NCBI GenBank assembly: GCA_000092065.1
Contig: CP000598.1
Length of the DNA: 64,000 bases
Direction: 5' to 3' (one strand)
From: Ostreococcus lucimarinus
Lineage: Eukaryota
Notes under the pieces: model-generated
Told to the model about the DNA's origin: nothing
What the model saw: only the letters and a program-made list of their open reading frames with translations
The model's database searches: none
Made by a program: the position numbers and the translations under genes
Shown here: positions 1 through 11,746 of the stretch, piece by piece
Layout of the letters: every line of letters starts with the position of its first letter
How positions within the stretch are numbered: the stretch's first letter is position 1

Positions 1-410
1 ATCGCAACATCGCTCGCCTTGAGTTCGGCGTTCGTGGCGTTGAGCGCGTCCAGTCTGCTCGTCATCACGGCACTCAACTCTACTTCCGTGGCGTTCAGAG
101 CGTTCACGCGCGATTCTAAAGCCGCATGCGTCGACTCCACGGTATCAACTCGACTCGAAATGCCCACGCTCGAAGACGCGCCGCAGTACACGTCGCCGTC
201 GACGCGCACCTTTTGTGTCTTCAAGACGATTTCGGCGTCCGTCCCAACGCTCTCCACGTACACGTCGCCGTCGTCGTTGGCGACCGTGACGCGCTTCAGC
301 GTTGAATCGTGCGCCACGGGCTGCGCGGGGCGTCGAAAAGCAAAGAACGCGGTCAGTCGACTCGGGTCGGGCGGTCGGGGCGGGGAGCGAGAGATCGTTC
401 GTTCGTTTGA
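1..410 (-). CDS. Partial CDS, continues beyond the left window edge. Open minus-strand frame reads ...NERTISRSPPRPPDPSRLTAFFAFRRPAQPVAHDSTLKRVTVANDDGDVYVESVGTDAEIVLKTQKVRVDGDVYCGASSSVGISSRVDTVESTHAALESRVNALNATEVELSAVMTSRLDALNATNAELKASDVA. Hypothetical protein with a coiled-coil-like C-terminal part.
   Basis: Hand translation of the reverse strand gives a stop-free frame from at least 410 down to coordinate 1. The ORF track omits it because it lacks a long Met-initiated stretch. The heptad-like Leu/Ala/Asn tail resembles the tails of the 19277..19504 ORF and the fragment at 16205-16290. Confidence 0.3.
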
Positions 411-796
411 CGACGGTCGGTGGCGCCACGCACCCAGCGTTGTGCGCGCACGACGATCATCGCCGCGGCGAAAACGCTCGCGAACGCGCGGATCGATCGC
501 GCCGCGCGCGGCGTTCGACGCGAGGGGCGTCGACGGCGTCGTCGGGCATCGTTCGCGGGGGGACGAAAGACGCTGTGAGGGTTTCGCCGCGCGATCCACG
601 TCGACGCGAAAGAAGCGCGCCGTGCGCGATCGCGCGGCGTCGAACGCATAGCGGACGTACGACGCGCGCTTCGGCGGCGCGCGCGATGATCAGAGACGTC
701 GCGCGCTTCGGCGACGCGCGTGCGGGCGCGGTGGCAGGAGCGGAGAAGAACGGCGCCACCGTCCGTCAGATTCGCAAAGACTGCGTACCGTGAACG

Positions 797-880
797 CACG
801 TCGCGATTTCCCGCGCCGCGCGTCGCGCGTCGTCGGGTGCTGTGGACCGACCCCGCGGTTTTGTGCGAAATGAAACGCGA
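797..880. repeat. About 85-bp GC-rich dispersed repeat, copy 1 (core 'ttcccgcgccgcgcgtcgcgcgtcgtcgggtgctg..accgaccccgcggttttgtgcgaaatgaaa'). Second copy at 28345-28425.
   Basis: Direct comparison of the two stretches shows over 90% identity, same orientation. Confidence 0.7.
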
Positions 881-1240
881 ATGAAATCGGCGCGGACGTG
901 ATTCGGATGCGGTGGCGTTACGTTCTGTTCCGATCCGCGTGCGCACGCACTTTTGTCACGTACTCACGCACATTTGTGTGGCATGTGATTACTCATGTGT
1001 GAAAAAAACGTTCCGAACCGTTCCGCACGGTTGTTCGAGGGTCGTCATCGGCGGAGAACGACGACAAAATTAAGGGGTATAAAGATTAGCGAATATGTAA
1101 ATGTAAGGAGTAACCATGGGCTCCAACGTTAATCGCCTCGAAATGCTTTCCGTTATCGATGACTTGCATGAAAAGTATCAACATTTACACCATAAATCGA
1201 AGCTCTAAACCCTAAACATAGTTTTCGTTTTTTTTGCTCA

Positions 1241-1365
1241 GGTTTCGCCAGGCACGTGTCAAAAATTGGCAAATTCTGAAACTCGTTTTTTGCTAGGGTT
1301 TAGCTTTAACGTCTCCGAACGCTCCGACGGGGAGGCGATGACGCCGCCGCCACTCGTCGACGCCT
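1241..1365 (+). promoter_or_regulatory. Conserved upstream module, copy 1 of 4 ('..gtgtcaaaaa..ctgaaactcg.ttttgctagggtttagc..ccactcgtcgacg'). Contains a telo-box-like AAACCCTA/TAGGGTTT core. Lies about 470 bp 5' of the DUF285 giant gene ATG.
   Basis: Aligned by eye to 14921-15062, 18008-18176 and 19758-19930, all on the plus strand and all immediately 5' of a plus-strand gene. An inverted 'aaaccctaaac' sits at 1207-1217. Confidence 0.6.
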
Positions 1366-1838
1366 CCGTCCGCGGTCGTTCGCGTCGACATAGTTCAAGT
1401 GGTACCCTTGGACGACGGGCCCACCCGTGCGCACCCACGGGTGGGTGAAGTGCGTTTCCGTGGCGCGCCGTCGCCGTTCGGTCCTTCGCGGGCGACCGTA
1501 GCGCAACCGGGCGATCTCCGTGCGGGCGGCGCGACGCGACGCCGGTGCACGCATCGCAAGGGGCACACGCCGGGGGCACGGCGCCATTCGCGGCGAACGG
1601 TACGCCACCACACACGTTCGCAGCGGCGGACGGCATGCGTGGGCGGGTTGGAGGCAACGTTGTATTGAAAATTGCGTACAGCACTGTTGGGCAGACCGGC
1701 TCGTTGAAGCAGCATACGGATCTACGAGCGAAAGCATTTTCTCCGTCGAATATCATAGGGAAACAGCATGATAGATCAGTTGCACGGTCGAATCACAGTG
1801 CTCGAGCATCCTTCAGTTATCATACGTTGAAGGTGAAA

Positions 1839-4800
1839 ATGATTTTAACACTCGTATCCATCGCTATATCCATGGGAAATACACTTGCGAGTGGTAGCAT
1901 AGCGCTCACCGACGCAACGTTTTCTACTGCGATCGCTAGTTGCCTCGAGGAGGCAGCGTCGGATGGCCTGTGTACTTCTTACGGCTTTGCAAGTGGGTTC
2001 GGAGCGATGCCTGATTGGGACACGGGCAATGTCACGAACATGGGTAGTGCATTTTCGTCTAAATACTACTTCAATGCATCCATCGGGAACTGGAACACGT
2101 CGCGAGTGACGTATATGGGTTCCATGTTTCAGTCTGCGTATTCGTTTAATCAGGACATCGGGAACTGGAACACGTCGCAGGTGACGAACATGTATTCCAT
2201 GTTTCAGTCTGCGAATTCGTTTAATCAGGACATCGGGAACTGGAACACGGCGCGAGTGACGTATATGGGTTCCATGTTTCAGTATGCATCTTCGTTTGAT
2301 CAGGACATCGGGGGCTGGAACACGTCGCAGGTGACGAACATGTATTCCATGTTTCAGTATGCGTCTTCGTTTGATCAGGATATCGGGAACTGGAACACGT
2401 CGCGAGTGACGTATATGTATTCCATGTTTCAGGGCGCATCTGCGTTTGATCAGGACATCGGGGGCTGGAACACGTCGCGAGTGACCAATATGGGTTCCAT
2501 GTTTCAGTATGCATCTTCGTTTGATCAGGACATCACAAACTGGAACACGTCGCGAGTGACCAATATGGGTTCCATGTTTCAGTATGCATCTTCGTTTGAT
2601 CAGGACATCACAAACTGGAACACGGCGCGAGTAACGTACATGACCAACATTTTCCAAAACGCGACGGCGTTTCAGGCGAAATATACATGTTCGACCGTTC
2701 AATCTGGACCCATCGCATCGTGTTCGCAGTGCGTTGCAAACTGTGCCGCTTGTAGTAACACTGCGTCGGGTGTTTGTAGTGTTTGCATGACTGGGTACAC
2801 ATTAGACGGAGGAATGTGTGCGGCACCCGCTGCGGCGCTCACCGACGCAACGTTTTCTACTGCGATCGCTAGTTGCCTCGAGGAGGCAGCGTCGGATGGC
2901 CTGTGTACTTCTTACGGCTTTGCAAGTGGGTTCGGAGCGATGCCTGATTGGGACACGGGCAATGTCACGAACATGGGTAGTGCATTTTCGTCTAAATACT
3001 ACTTCAATGCATCCATCGGGAACTGGAACACGTCGCGAGTGACGTATATGGGTTCCATGTTTCAGTCTGCGTATTCGTTTAATCAGGACATCGGGAACTG
3101 GAACACGTCGCAGGTGACGAACATGTATTCCATGTTTCAGTCTGCGAATTCGTTTAATCAGGACATCGGGAACTGGAACACGGCGCGAGTGACGTATATG
3201 GGTTCCATGTTTCAGTATGCATCTTCGTTTGATCAGGACATCGGGGGCTGGAACACGTCGCAGGTGACGAACATGTATTCCATGTTTCAGTATGCGTCTT
3301 CGTTTGATCAGGATATCGGGAACTGGAACACGTCGCGAGTGACGTATATGTATTCCATGTTTCAGGGCGCATCTGCGTTTGATCAGGACATCGGGGGCTG
3401 GAACACGTCGCGAGTGACCAATATGGGTTCCATGTTTCAGTATGCATCTTCGTTTGATCAGGACATCACAAACTGGAACACGTCGCGAGTGACCAATATG
3501 GGTTCCATGTTTCAGTATGCATCTTCGTTTGATCAGGACATCACAAACTGGAACACGGCGCGAGTAACGTACATGACCAACATTTTCCAAAACGCGACGG
3601 CGTTTCAGGCGAAATATACATGTTCGACCGTTCAATCTGGACCCATCGCATCGTGTCGATCGGGGTCACCATTTCAGAATTCGACCGAGTTGAAGCTTGC
3701 GGTCGACAGCTGTTTACTCGCGGATCCAACAGGAAATTGTGATTGCAGAAGTTCTCTGGTCGACTGCCGGGCGGCGAGCGGCGATTCAATATCGAAATGG
3801 GATACACGCTTCGTAACGAATATGAGCTCCTTGTTTGCAGGATCAGATCAATTTAACGCAGATTTAGGTGCTTGGAACACAAGTGCCGTTACTTCGATGT
3901 CGCACATGTTTCATGGAGCCGCTGCGTTCAACAAAGACATTAGTGGTACGTATAATGCGAATATCTTCGCGTGGGACGTGAGCGGCGTGACGGACATGAC
4001 TCGAATGTTCGAAGGCGCTAATAGTTTCGCTCAGGACATCAGCTCGTGGAACGTGGTGAACGTCGCGAGCATGGACAGTATGTTTTCGGGCGCAAACGCG
4101 TTCAACGCGCCCATCGGCAGTTGGAACACAGACGGCGTGACAAACATGTTTCAGATGTTCCACTCAGCACATGTGTTCGATCAACCAATCGGAAGCTGGA
4201 ACACGGAACGGGTGACGAGCATGCAGTGCATGTTCATGTATGCGCGTGAATTCAATCAGGATATCAGCTCCTGGAACACGGTCAACGTGGTAAATATGTG
4301 GGATATGTTTAATAGTGCGGATGCGTTCAACCAGAACATTGGGTTATGGAACACAGAGGAGGTGACGGATATGAGATACATGTTCTATAACGCGGGTGCG
4401 TTCAACCAGCCCATAGGGTCGTGGAACACCGCCAATGTCACGACCATGCGATCTATGTTTCAGGGCGCATCTGCGTTTAATCAGGACATCGGAAACTGGA
4501 ACACGACTTCTGTCACGGACATGTACAGCATGTTTGGTAGCGCGACGGCGTTCAATCAGAACATCACGGGATGGCACACGCCGAATACTGGTATTACTTG
4601 CGATTCATCGCAAACGGCGTGTGGTGATACAGGGTGTTTTGACATCGGTAATTGTGCTGCTGCGATGTTTTCCGGTGCGACAGCTTGGTTAGCGAGGTAT
4701 GCTCGCATGGATGGGAATGCGTCGAGCACCGATGGACCTCCGTCTCAGTGGGTCGGCCCGACACCATTTTTGAGTCGAGACGCTTTAGTCGCGGCGGTTG

Positions 4801-7800
4801 ATAATTGCTTGACCGAGGACGAGACGGGAAGTTGCGATTGCTCTGATTACGACGTCGATTGTGGCGCCGCCGTAAAGCTGCCGATCACGGAATGGGACGT
4901 GAGCCTCATCGTGGATATGAACGAGCTATTTAAGGCTCGAGCAGCTTTCAATCAACCGGTTGGTGTTTGGAACACTAGTAGCGTGACGGATATGAGCGGC
5001 ATGTTTGAGAGCGCATCCGCGTTTAACCAGCCCGTTGGTAACTGGAACACGGGTAGTGTGACGGACATGAGCGGCATGTTTGAGAGCGCATCCGCGTTTA
5101 ACCAGCCCATTGGTAACTGGGCCACGGGCAGTGTGGCGGATATGAGCGGGATGTTTGAGAGCGCATCTGAATTCAATCAGAATATTAGTAGCTGGTCAGT
5201 CGCTTCTGTGGTGAACATGCAATCCATGTTTTCCTCTGCTTCATCCTTCGAGCAAGACATCACTGGATGGATTTCAACTAGTGTCACGACGGACATGGCG
5301 ACGGACATGTTTCTCTCTGCGACAGCTTGGCTGCGAACATTCGCACGCACAGATGGCGAAGACACCCCCCATGGTCCACCATCCGATTGGGGCGAACCGT
5401 GTGGCAATGGGTGGTACGATGAGAAAGTTCAGGGGGAGAAGGAGGATGACTTTTGTGAGCCAAAAGTGAACGGGATTGAAGTGAAAGGATGTGCAGATGA
5501 CTGCAAAGTAAAAACGAACTGGAAGTGCGACAATGTCGACTTGCTACGCCCCGGTGATGACTTCGACAGCTACAATTGTACGTGCGACAACCCGGTGGGC
5601 ACGTATGCATCACCTAATCTTGATAATGATTGTGCTCGCACAGATTGCGTTTATGTCGAACGGTGTCTCGCTAACGGCCTAGGCTGTGCGCCCGGTGCCG
5701 GTGGAATGTGGGACGTGGGACGTGGAACGTGGGACGCGGTGAACGCATGCGGCAAGTGCTTGAGGGCCGCTGATATTGCCGAGCTCCCACTCAACGAACG
5801 AAGTAGGCACAACAAGGCTGGCTATTACAAGACTGGGCAGACGTGCACGGCTTGTCCTGCGACATCAGCCGCGGGACTTTTCGCTGCGGCTGCGGTTGTC
5901 GTCGTCCTCGCTTTTTGTGGTTTCAAAGCCTCTCAATTGATGGGCGCTCAAGCGACGAACAATTTGAAGAAAATTGTCGAGTCGCTGCAGTTCTTCTCTC
6001 TTTCGCTCAGTATGAGTATCAAGTGGCCTGGGCCCGTACTCAATCTCGGTAAATATTTGGAAGCTTTCACGTTCAGCATTGAGTTTCTACGACCCCAATG
6101 CGTCGCTGCGGGGCTGGATTGGCTCAATATATTTTTGTCCTCGGTGTTTGTCGTTCCCGCTCTCATCTTCATAATCATCGTCGTGAACAATAGACGGGCG
6201 AGGCACCGTTACAAAACAACGGTGCGCGCGATCGACAGTGAACGACACGAGGATGGCGAAACGGTCTACTGGATCGAGAAACCAGGGTTCCTGTGGGGTA
6301 CGCGGAGAGCTTACGAGTCCAAGGGCGGAGATAAGATTGTTCGTGAGTTGCAGCGCCAGTATCGGTTTCGAGCCGCGCTTCGATCTTTCGGCGTACTGTC
6401 ACTGACCATCCTGTACCTTCCCATCGTGCGTATGTGCCTTCAGTCATACGATTGCATAAAGATAGACGGCGTGGATGGGCTTCGATTGGAGCATGACATA
6501 GATATCCTCTGTGAAAGCGAAGGGCACGTGATCATCCAGGCCGCCGCCGCGGTGATGTTGGCCATTGTCGGTATCGGCATGCCAATTTACGTCGTTATGC
6601 AAGTTCGTAAGATCCGTTTGAGTGGTAAACTGGATGATCCGCAGACTATCGACTCGTATGGTCCGTTCTACGACGTCTACCGGCGCGAGGAGCTCACACA
6701 TGATCACAAATTGGAGATTGCGAGGATTCGACAAACCGCGGTCGAGTCGTCCTCATTTCGACGAGGCGAAGGCACGAGCGACGAACGTCCTTTCGATGCA
6801 GCAACTGATGATATTGCAGAAGAAATCGCAAATGAAGTCAGGGTCGACACGGAAGAAGATTCAAGCGACGTCGATCGTGTTGACGTCGAGGACGATAGTG
6901 GCACTCCACCACCTCAGAAAGTTTCATCCGGTCTCGGTAAGCTCGCTCGGGCGTTAACGATGACGAAGTCTGCTTTAGGCCGGACGACGTCAGCGAAAGC
7001 GCGCGAACGGGCACATCGAATGCACTGGAAGGACAGGTTCGCGCTTCACTACCTGGCCGTTGAACTAGTGCAGAAGAGTTGCGTCATTTTGACGACGTCT
7101 CCGATAGTGGCCGAAACCGCGGTGAGCGGTTGGGCTCTGGTTGTCGTACACTGGTTTACCGGCGCCTTCGTCTACGTGTGTCAGCCTTGGCGCATCATGA
7201 CGCTCGGCTTCGGCAAATACAAGGTGCGAAATTGCTTGAACAAAGTCGAGTCCTTGGCTGGATTTTTGCAGGGCGTGGGACCGTTCTTGGCAATGATCTT
7301 CCCTGTTCAGAGAAACGAGTTCGGTGAGGTGAAGCAAACTGTGACACTCTCAGCCATAACTGTCCTGCTGACCATCATAATCACCGGGCTGCTTTCTATT
7401 CGTATCATTGTTTTCGTCGGCGAACGCGTCGCCGTCAAACGAAAGAAGATGGATATCGACAAGGATCCCGAGAAATGCATGCAAAATGTTCACAAACAAC
7501 TGGTCAAGCTCGCAACCAACAGAGCGATTGTGAGCATGTTTGCTTTCAAGGCAGATTTCGACATTAAGCGCCGTAAAGCACGCGCGAGGCTGGAAGATAC
7601 TCGCCAAGCGATGTTATCGCGCATCGATATCTTGAAGTCACAACAGACCGACGAGGACCATTCCGATAAAATTACCGCGTTGTACGAAGTGGCGAATGAA
7701 ATGGCACACATCGTGAATACGATCGTACCCCAAGCACCGCCAACAGGTCCAAACGCAGAAGGGTGTATCGAATTGCTGGATGAACAACTGGCATCAATTC

Positions 7801-9368
7801 TCAAGGACGTCGACGTCCGAGCGCAGGCGAACGCGTTAGACGCTCCGAATTCTGCGGCGGTACATATCGTGATGAAGGTCCACGCGTTCGATACAATCAT
7901 ATGTCGACTTGACGAACATTTGCTCGAATTCGCGGCGGCAGAACGTGTGAGTGAGCTCGCCGAGCTGGGTCGAAGACACGCTGAATTACGACATACGCGA
8001 CGTTGTGTCGCGATAGGTTTCGGCGACGCAGAGCTTCGAGCTACTTTCGATGCGCTAAGATCGTGCATCGAGGCACTCCGCCATGCCGTTGAGAACGACG
8101 ACTTCGAAGCTGTATTCACAACTTTCAATGGTGGGAAGGAGATCATTGATTCTCACTTACGATGGTGTCGGGATCAATGTGAATTGTTCAAGAGCGCCGA
8201 GGACGAGCACCCCGATTTCCTCGAGGACGAGCCTCCACTGACGACCGAGTTTTTCAAGGCGACAGTCAAGGTGATACAATCCCATGAAAAGCAACTGTCT
8301 AAATTTAAATCGGAATGTATTCGTAACTGGCCCCCGCTTTTCAAGAACTTTGGCCGCGTCAAGTACATACAAGGCTTTGCTGAGCAACTTCAGAATCAAC
8401 TCCATCTCGATCTCAATGAAAGCACGCCGGAGGAGGCCAAGGCTGTTTTCGATCAGGTGTTGGCCTTCACAGATGGCTTCGCGCTTTGGTGCGGCGATTT
8501 AGTGGCACAGGTCGAAGGCTCAGATGTCTTCATCTTGTTTGAGCCAATCGCCCGCGCGATGGTGGAAAGCTTGAAAGCCATCAGAGCAGACGCTGAGTCG
8601 CAAAGTGCACTCGCGAGGCAAGCATTGAGTACGATAGATTATGTGGTGACGCAACGGGCGTTGGCCGCAACGACGCGGTCGGGCTTGCAGACAGCACTCG
8701 CGGATGGTACGTCTGCGCTTGAAGACCAGCTCGCCGCAGAAATTGCAGACATGGACGCTGCGAAGATTTCTCGAGAGACTACTTTCGAGACCGAAAAGAT
8801 GCGCACCGAGGAAGCTTTGAATACATTAGAGCAAGAGTTGGACGGTAGGCGAGCGGTTTTAGAGGACGACATTCGATCGCAACAGGACACTATCGCGCGG
8901 CTACAAAACTTGAAACGGGAAGAGGCCGCGGCATCGAGCTCTATAAACCCGTTGAAATGGGAGCGTTTCAGTCGAAGCACTGAGCTCGCCGAAGCTGTAA
9001 GTGCACTCCGTATGAGCAAACAAAACTTGAAGAATGAAGAGCTTGCAAATGAGAAGGCCCGCGGGGATGCGCGTAAGGCGGTTCATTCGTTGGAACGGGG
9101 CCTGAAAAAGGACCTGGTCGAATGTGACGTCCGAGCAAAGAAAATCCGAGACGATGTGGCAAAGGAGCTGAAGAAACAAACTATGGATGCTCAGAGGAAG
9201 ACACCCGAAGATGCTAAAGCCCATAAGGCTAGTCTGGCTTCCAGGCGCGCGGTGTTCCAGCAACAACGCGCCGCCGCTAAACTCATCGCGAGCGAAAGTA
9301 GAGAAGCTACGCGAATTCAAGCACAGCTTGCATACTACATGCGAAATTTAAAGGCGCGCGAATCGTGA
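1839..9368 (+). CDS. Giant DUF285-repeat membrane protein. Signal peptide [13 protein letters not shown], then over 30 copies of the '[23 protein letters not shown]' unit (DUF285/PF03382-like), Cys-rich EGF-like linkers, several predicted TM helices (about aa 1430-1950 of the ORF), and a long alpha-helical/coiled-coil C-terminal domain.
   Basis: 7.8-kb uninterrupted ORF. The ORF-track start at 1545 is GC-rich, in-frame upstream sequence; the first ATG followed by a hydrophobic signal peptide is at 1839. The repeated N[WT]NTS.VT.M..MF motif is read directly. The C-terminal domain ([14 protein letters not shown]...[13 protein letters not shown]) is paralogous to ORF 20822..21832. Confidence 0.8.
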   Translation: MILTLVSIAISMGNTLASGSIALTDATFSTAIASCLEEAASDGLCTSYGFASGFGAMPDWDTGNVTNMGSAFSSKYYFNASIGNWNTSRVTYMGSMFQSAYSFNQDIGNWNTSQVTNMYSMFQSANSFNQDIGNWNTARVTYMGSMFQYASSFDQDIGGWNTSQVTNMYSMFQYASSFDQDIGNWNTSRVTYMYSMFQGASAFDQDIGGWNTSRVTNMGSMFQYASSFDQDITNWNTSRVTNMGSMFQYASSFDQDITNWNTARVTYMTNIFQNATAFQAKYTCSTVQSGPIASCSQCVANCAACSNTASGVCSVCMTGYTLDGGMCAAPAAALTDATFSTAIASCLEEAASDGLCTSYGFASGFGAMPDWDTGNVTNMGSAFSSKYYFNASIGNWNTSRVTYMGSMFQSAYSFNQDIGNWNTSQVTNMYSMFQSANSFNQDIGNWNTARVTYMGSMFQYASSFDQDIGGWNTSQVTNMYSMFQYASSFDQDIGNWNTSRVTYMYSMFQGASAFDQDIGGWNTSRVTNMGSMFQYASSFDQDITNWNTSRVTNMGSMFQYASSFDQDITNWNTARVTYMTNIFQNATAFQAKYTCSTVQSGPIASCRSGSPFQNSTELKLAVDSCLLADPTGNCDCRSSLVDCRAASGDSISKWDTRFVTNMSSLFAGSDQFNADLGAWNTSAVTSMSHMFHGAAAFNKDISGTYNANIFAWDVSGVTDMTRMFEGANSFAQDISSWNVVNVASMDSMFSGANAFNAPIGSWNTDGVTNMFQMFHSAHVFDQPIGSWNTERVTSMQCMFMYAREFNQDISSWNTVNVVNMWDMFNSADAFNQNIGLWNTEEVTDMRYMFYNAGAFNQPIGSWNTANVTTMRSMFQGASAFNQDIGNWNTTSVTDMYSMFGSATAFNQNITGWHTPNTGITCDSSQTACGDTGCFDIGNCAAAMFSGATAWLARYARMDGNASSTDGPPSQWVGPTPFLSRDALVAAVDNCLTEDETGSCDCSDYDVDCGAAVKLPITEWDVSLIVDMNELFKARAAFNQPVGVWNTSSVTDMSGMFESASAFNQPVGNWNTGSVTDMSGMFESASAFNQPIGNWATGSVADMSGMFESASEFNQNISSWSVASVVNMQSMFSSASSFEQDITGWISTSVTTDMATDMFLSATAWLRTFARTDGEDTPHGPPSDWGEPCGNGWYDEKVQGEKEDDFCEPKVNGIEVKGCADDCKVKTNWKCDNVDLLRPGDDFDSYNCTCDNPVGTYASPNLDNDCARTDCVYVERCLANGLGCAPGAGGMWDVGRGTWDAVNACGKCLRAADIAELPLNERSRHNKAGYYKTGQTCTACPATSAAGLFAAAAVVVVLAFCGFKASQLMGAQATNNLKKIVESLQFFSLSLSMSIKWPGPVLNLGKYLEAFTFSIEFLRPQCVAAGLDWLNIFLSSVFVVPALIFIIIVVNNRRARHRYKTTVRAIDSERHEDGETVYWIEKPGFLWGTRRAYESKGGDKIVRELQRQYRFRAALRSFGVLSLTILYLPIVRMCLQSYDCIKIDGVDGLRLEHDIDILCESEGHVIIQAAAAVMLAIVGIGMPIYVVMQVRKIRLSGKLDDPQTIDSYGPFYDVYRREELTHDHKLEIARIRQTAVESSSFRRGEGTSDERPFDAATDDIAEEIANEVRVDTEEDSSDVDRVDVEDDSGTPPPQKVSSGLGKLARALTMTKSALGRTTSAKARERAHRMHWKDRFALHYLAVELVQKSCVILTTSPIVAETAVSGWALVVVHWFTGAFVYVCQPWRIMTLGFGKYKVRNCLNKVESLAGFLQGVGPFLAMIFPVQRNEFGEVKQTVTLSAITVLLTIIITGLLSIRIIVFVGERVAVKRKKMDIDKDPEKCMQNVHKQLVKLATNRAIVSMFAFKADFDIKRRKARARLEDTRQAMLSRIDILKSQQTDEDHSDKITALYEVANEMAHIVNTIVPQAPPTGPNAEGCIELLDEQLASILKDVDVRAQANALDAPNSAAVHIVMKVHAFDTIICRLDEHLLEFAAAERVSELAELGRRHAELRHTRRCVAIGFGDAELRATFDALRSCIEALRHAVENDDFEAVFTTFNGGKEIIDSHLRWCRDQCELFKSAEDEHPDFLEDEPPLTTEFFKATVKVIQSHEKQLSKFKSECIRNWPPLFKNFGRVKYIQGFAEQLQNQLHLDLNESTPEEAKAVFDQVLAFTDGFALWCGDLVAQVEGSDVFILFEPIARAMVESLKAIRADAESQSALARQALSTIDYVVTQRALAATTRSGLQTALADGTSALEDQLAAEIADMDAAKISRETTFETEKMRTEEALNTLEQELDGRRAVLEDDIRSQQDTIARLQNLKREEAAASSSINPLKWERFSRSTELAEAVSALRMSKQNLKNEELANEKARGDARKAVHSLERGLKKDLVECDVRAKKIRDDVAKELKKQTMDAQRKTPEDAKAHKASLASRRAVFQQQRAAAKLIASESREATRIQAQLAYYMRNLKARES
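1902..3656 (+). repeat. Perfect intragenic tandem duplication. 822-bp unit at 1902-2723 is repeated at 2835-3656 (offset 933 bp = 311 codons), separated by a 111-bp Cys-rich linker.
   Basis: Minus-strand shadow ORFs 1845..2702 and 2802..3635 have identical 270-aa translations. The plus protein repeats '[22 protein letters not shown]...[14 protein letters not shown]' twice. Confidence 0.85.
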
Positions 9369-9685
9369 TATAACGGTCGACTACGAGGAATACACGCATA
9401 GTCGAAACATGAGCACCCTGTCGCAGAAGGAGCTGAGTTTCCGCTTCGTTACGGATGAGATTGTGCGAGAAGACATGCCACATTCAAATTCGGGGCGATG
9501 GCTCACAAATCAGGCAAGAGAAGACAGGTGCACGTGCAAACTCTCAGCGGAACGAGTTGGTCGTCTCGAAGATCTCGGTGTTTGGTGAGACCAAGCCGAC
9601 GCACAGGAGGAGCACTTCGATGCCTGGAGGTACAGAAGATGTAACTCATCTTAAGCGTACGACTATTCAGACCTTGGGGGTTCCG

Positions 9686-10018
9686 CTTAAGATTTCTTCG
9701 GAATGGAATCTCTGAACGCAAGGCGTGGATGTACATTAAACCATGAACGAGGCGGGCCACGGTTCGATTTTTTGGATTACAAGTGTAGGTCTACTTTTAC
9801 GTTTCGTGGACTCTGCTTGAGTCGGCCGATGTCACCATGTCAGTCAGGTGCTTCGAGTGCACTAGAGACGTGACCGCCCATACACAGGACGTCGAGCTCG
9901 GCGTGCCTGATTTCACGACTCGGCGACCATGGTTTGAAACCGAAATGACCATCGGCTTCAGGCCCAGGCGCGGCCGCAATGCTACTTTAAACTTAATATT
10001 TTTTTTTTGAAAAAAGAG
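9686..10018 (+). repeat. Dispersed repeat R1, copy a (about 335 bp). Begins 'cttaagatttcttcggaatggaatctctgaacgcaaggcgtggatgtacattaaaccatgaacg' and ends in a T10 tract plus 'gaaaaaagagta'.
   Basis: Near-identical copy at 16378-16712. The shared shadow ORF peptide MRPRLGLKPMVISVSNHGRRVVKSGTPSST appears in both. Confidence 0.75.
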
Positions 10019-10227
10019 TAGTAAGAGTAATAAAAATAAACTTTTTTTTGTTTGAGTTGGGGCACCCCAACATGATAAAACCGCACATCGCGGCGAGCCG
10101 CGCGACGACGATCACTTCGGTCACATTTCCAGTCAGTGATTCTCGTCGTGTGATTCATCGTGTTTGACGTCGACGTTGATGTACCACATGTAAGATCTCT
10201 TCAGAACCAATCGTGTGAGTGAAGTGT

Positions 10228-10725
10228 TCAGGCCAAGTCGCGTAACTCATCTAGCGTAAATTGATACTTGTCGAGACTGCGCTTTGAAGGCAGCGTGCCA
10301 CGCGCTCGAGCATTCTTGAGGCACGTCTTACGCAGTATTCTTTTCGCGTGCTGCTTGTAATAATTGAGTTGTCTGTAGTTACCATCGCCGCCGTCACGCT
10401 TCGGCGTATATTGGGCTCTGCTGTAGGCTTGACTCTCGTCCACGTTCTCGTGACACGCGTGTTTCTGGCTGCGTCCAGCAGCTCGGGAGTTGAATAAGCC
10501 GTCGCGCTTCTCTCTCATGTATGCACTTTTACGTTGATGGAGCTCTCCAGCTGGAATGTCCTTTTCGAGAACTCTCACGTCCGCGTCGCCAAACGTGAAG
10601 ATTGGATGTCGTGCGTATTTATGCGAGGCAAGGCGCGCTCTGAGCGAACCTGTCGTCGATCCGATGTACGTTTTGTCACATTTCGCATTATCGCTAAACA
10701 TTTCGTACACGCACCCCGTAGGCAT
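10228..10725 (-). CDS. GIY-YIG family endonuclease (165 aa).
   Basis: N-terminal 'GCVYEMF...(11 aa)...TYIGSTTGSLRARLASH' fits the GIY-(10-11)-YIG spacing with the conserved Arg. A downstream acidic/Asn region follows. Identical copy at 22162..22659. Confidence 0.7.
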   Translation of the reverse strand: MPTGCVYEMFSDNAKCDKTYIGSTTGSLRARLASHKYARHPIFTFGDADVRVLEKDIPAGELHQRKSAYMREKRDGLFNSRAAGRSQKHACHENVDESQAYSRAQYTPKRDGGDGNYRQLNYYKQHAKRILRKTCLKNARARGTLPSKRSLDKYQFTLDELRDLA

Positions 10726-11150
10726 TTGTCCTGGTTACCTATCCATCCCTAAGAAAATATTGTTGCCTCCTCCTGCGGTTTGCAGTCACATTCGAGAGAC
10801 CATAGGTACTCGTGTCGCTGCGTGGGGTGCAAGGTCCGGGGTGTAGATATCGAACCGCCTGATTTCACACCTGGACGTTCGTGATCCGACGAGACCTGAC
10901 GAAATGACGAACTTGTTTTGTCGTCCCCAAATTCGTCAGCCCGTCGTTCGGTCACACTTTGTGTGTACCAATGATGAAAATGACGAAATGTTAAAATATT
11001 TTAATGTTTATTTTTATTTTAGATCTATGACAAGCAACAGTGTAGACCTTTATGAAAACAGTTCGTCATTCGTCATTTCGTCAGGATCCAAACCATGGTC
11101 TTTTCGGTGTCTTGTTGAGTCTTCATATTGCAAATGTACGAATCACAAAA

Positions 11151-11726
11151 TTAGTATGAACACCAGACGACCGCCGGCGCGAGCTCCGTCTCCCCCGTGT
11201 ACCCATTGTTCTTCAGCCACTCGAAGCACCCGTCGCGGTCAATTTCCCAATAGACGCCCTTCTCGTCCCTACCTTGCCTCAGGTGGTCCTCTTCCATTGG
11301 GATCCTGTGGCCCTTTTCCTTCTTGAAGAAGTCCTTGAGCTTATTGCCGACCTTCGTCGCGCTATCTTGTCCACGCGCAGCCGCTGGCAACCACGTCTGG
11401 TATTCGATGAAGATGTCACTGTTGCGGATTTTATTTCCAACCCACTTCTCAGGGAATTCAACAGTGACGCAATGCTCAAACCATCGAGTGAACTTGGGCA
11501 TGCAGCCACGCTTCATTTCCGAATACGCGTCGGTCGTAGGTCTCGTGCGCTCCACATGATAACCGGTACGGAGAAGTTTATATTTATTAATTAAAGACTC
11601 GCGCGTGTTGGCGCTAAATGATTTTATTGCTGCCGAGAGACTCAAGTTTGGCCGTCGTTTGAGTCGCATCGATGGGTCGCGCCCGCCGATATAACGCCGG
11701 CGTTTCGGACACGATCTTGAAAACAA
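11151..11726 (-). CDS. Hypothetical protein (191 aa), part of the duplicated block.
   Basis: Compositionally normal ORF, identical (1 substitution) at 23093..23668. No family recognised. Confidence 0.45.
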   Translation of the reverse strand: MFSRSCPKRRRYIGGRDPSMRLKRRPNLSLSAAIKSFSANTRESLINKYKLLRTGYHVERTRPTTDAYSEMKRGCMPKFTRWFEHCVTVEFPEKWVGNKIRNSDIFIEYQTWLPAAARGQDSATKVGNKLKDFFKKEKGHRIPMEEDHLRQGRDEKGVYWEIDRDGCFEWLKNNGYTGETELAPAVVWCSY

Positions 11727-11746
11727 GCACTGGTTGACTTGATTGA

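Noticed and set aside
1545-1838. N-terminal 98-aa extension of the DUF285 ORF suggested by the ORF track (start 1545).
   Set aside because: GC-rich, low-complexity in-frame upstream sequence. The first ATG followed by a credible signal peptide is at 1839. The track also uses GTG/TTG starts, as seen at 19893, 46074 and 49997.
9455-9715. 86-aa ORF inside the diverged leader repeat preceding R1; related ORFs 9503..9760 and 21915..22184 share 'NPQGLN.RTL..SYIFCT'.
   Set aside because: It is located entirely within repeat sequence with about 75% DNA identity between copies and frame-inconsistent conservation. It is more likely non-coding repeat than a gene.
10780-10870. tRNA-like fragment ('ggcggttcgatatctacacc' on the minus strand resembles a T-arm); the same at 22720-22810.
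   Set aside because: No acceptor-stem or anticodon-arm complementarity could be built by hand, so it is not called. A tRNAscan-SE run would settle it.
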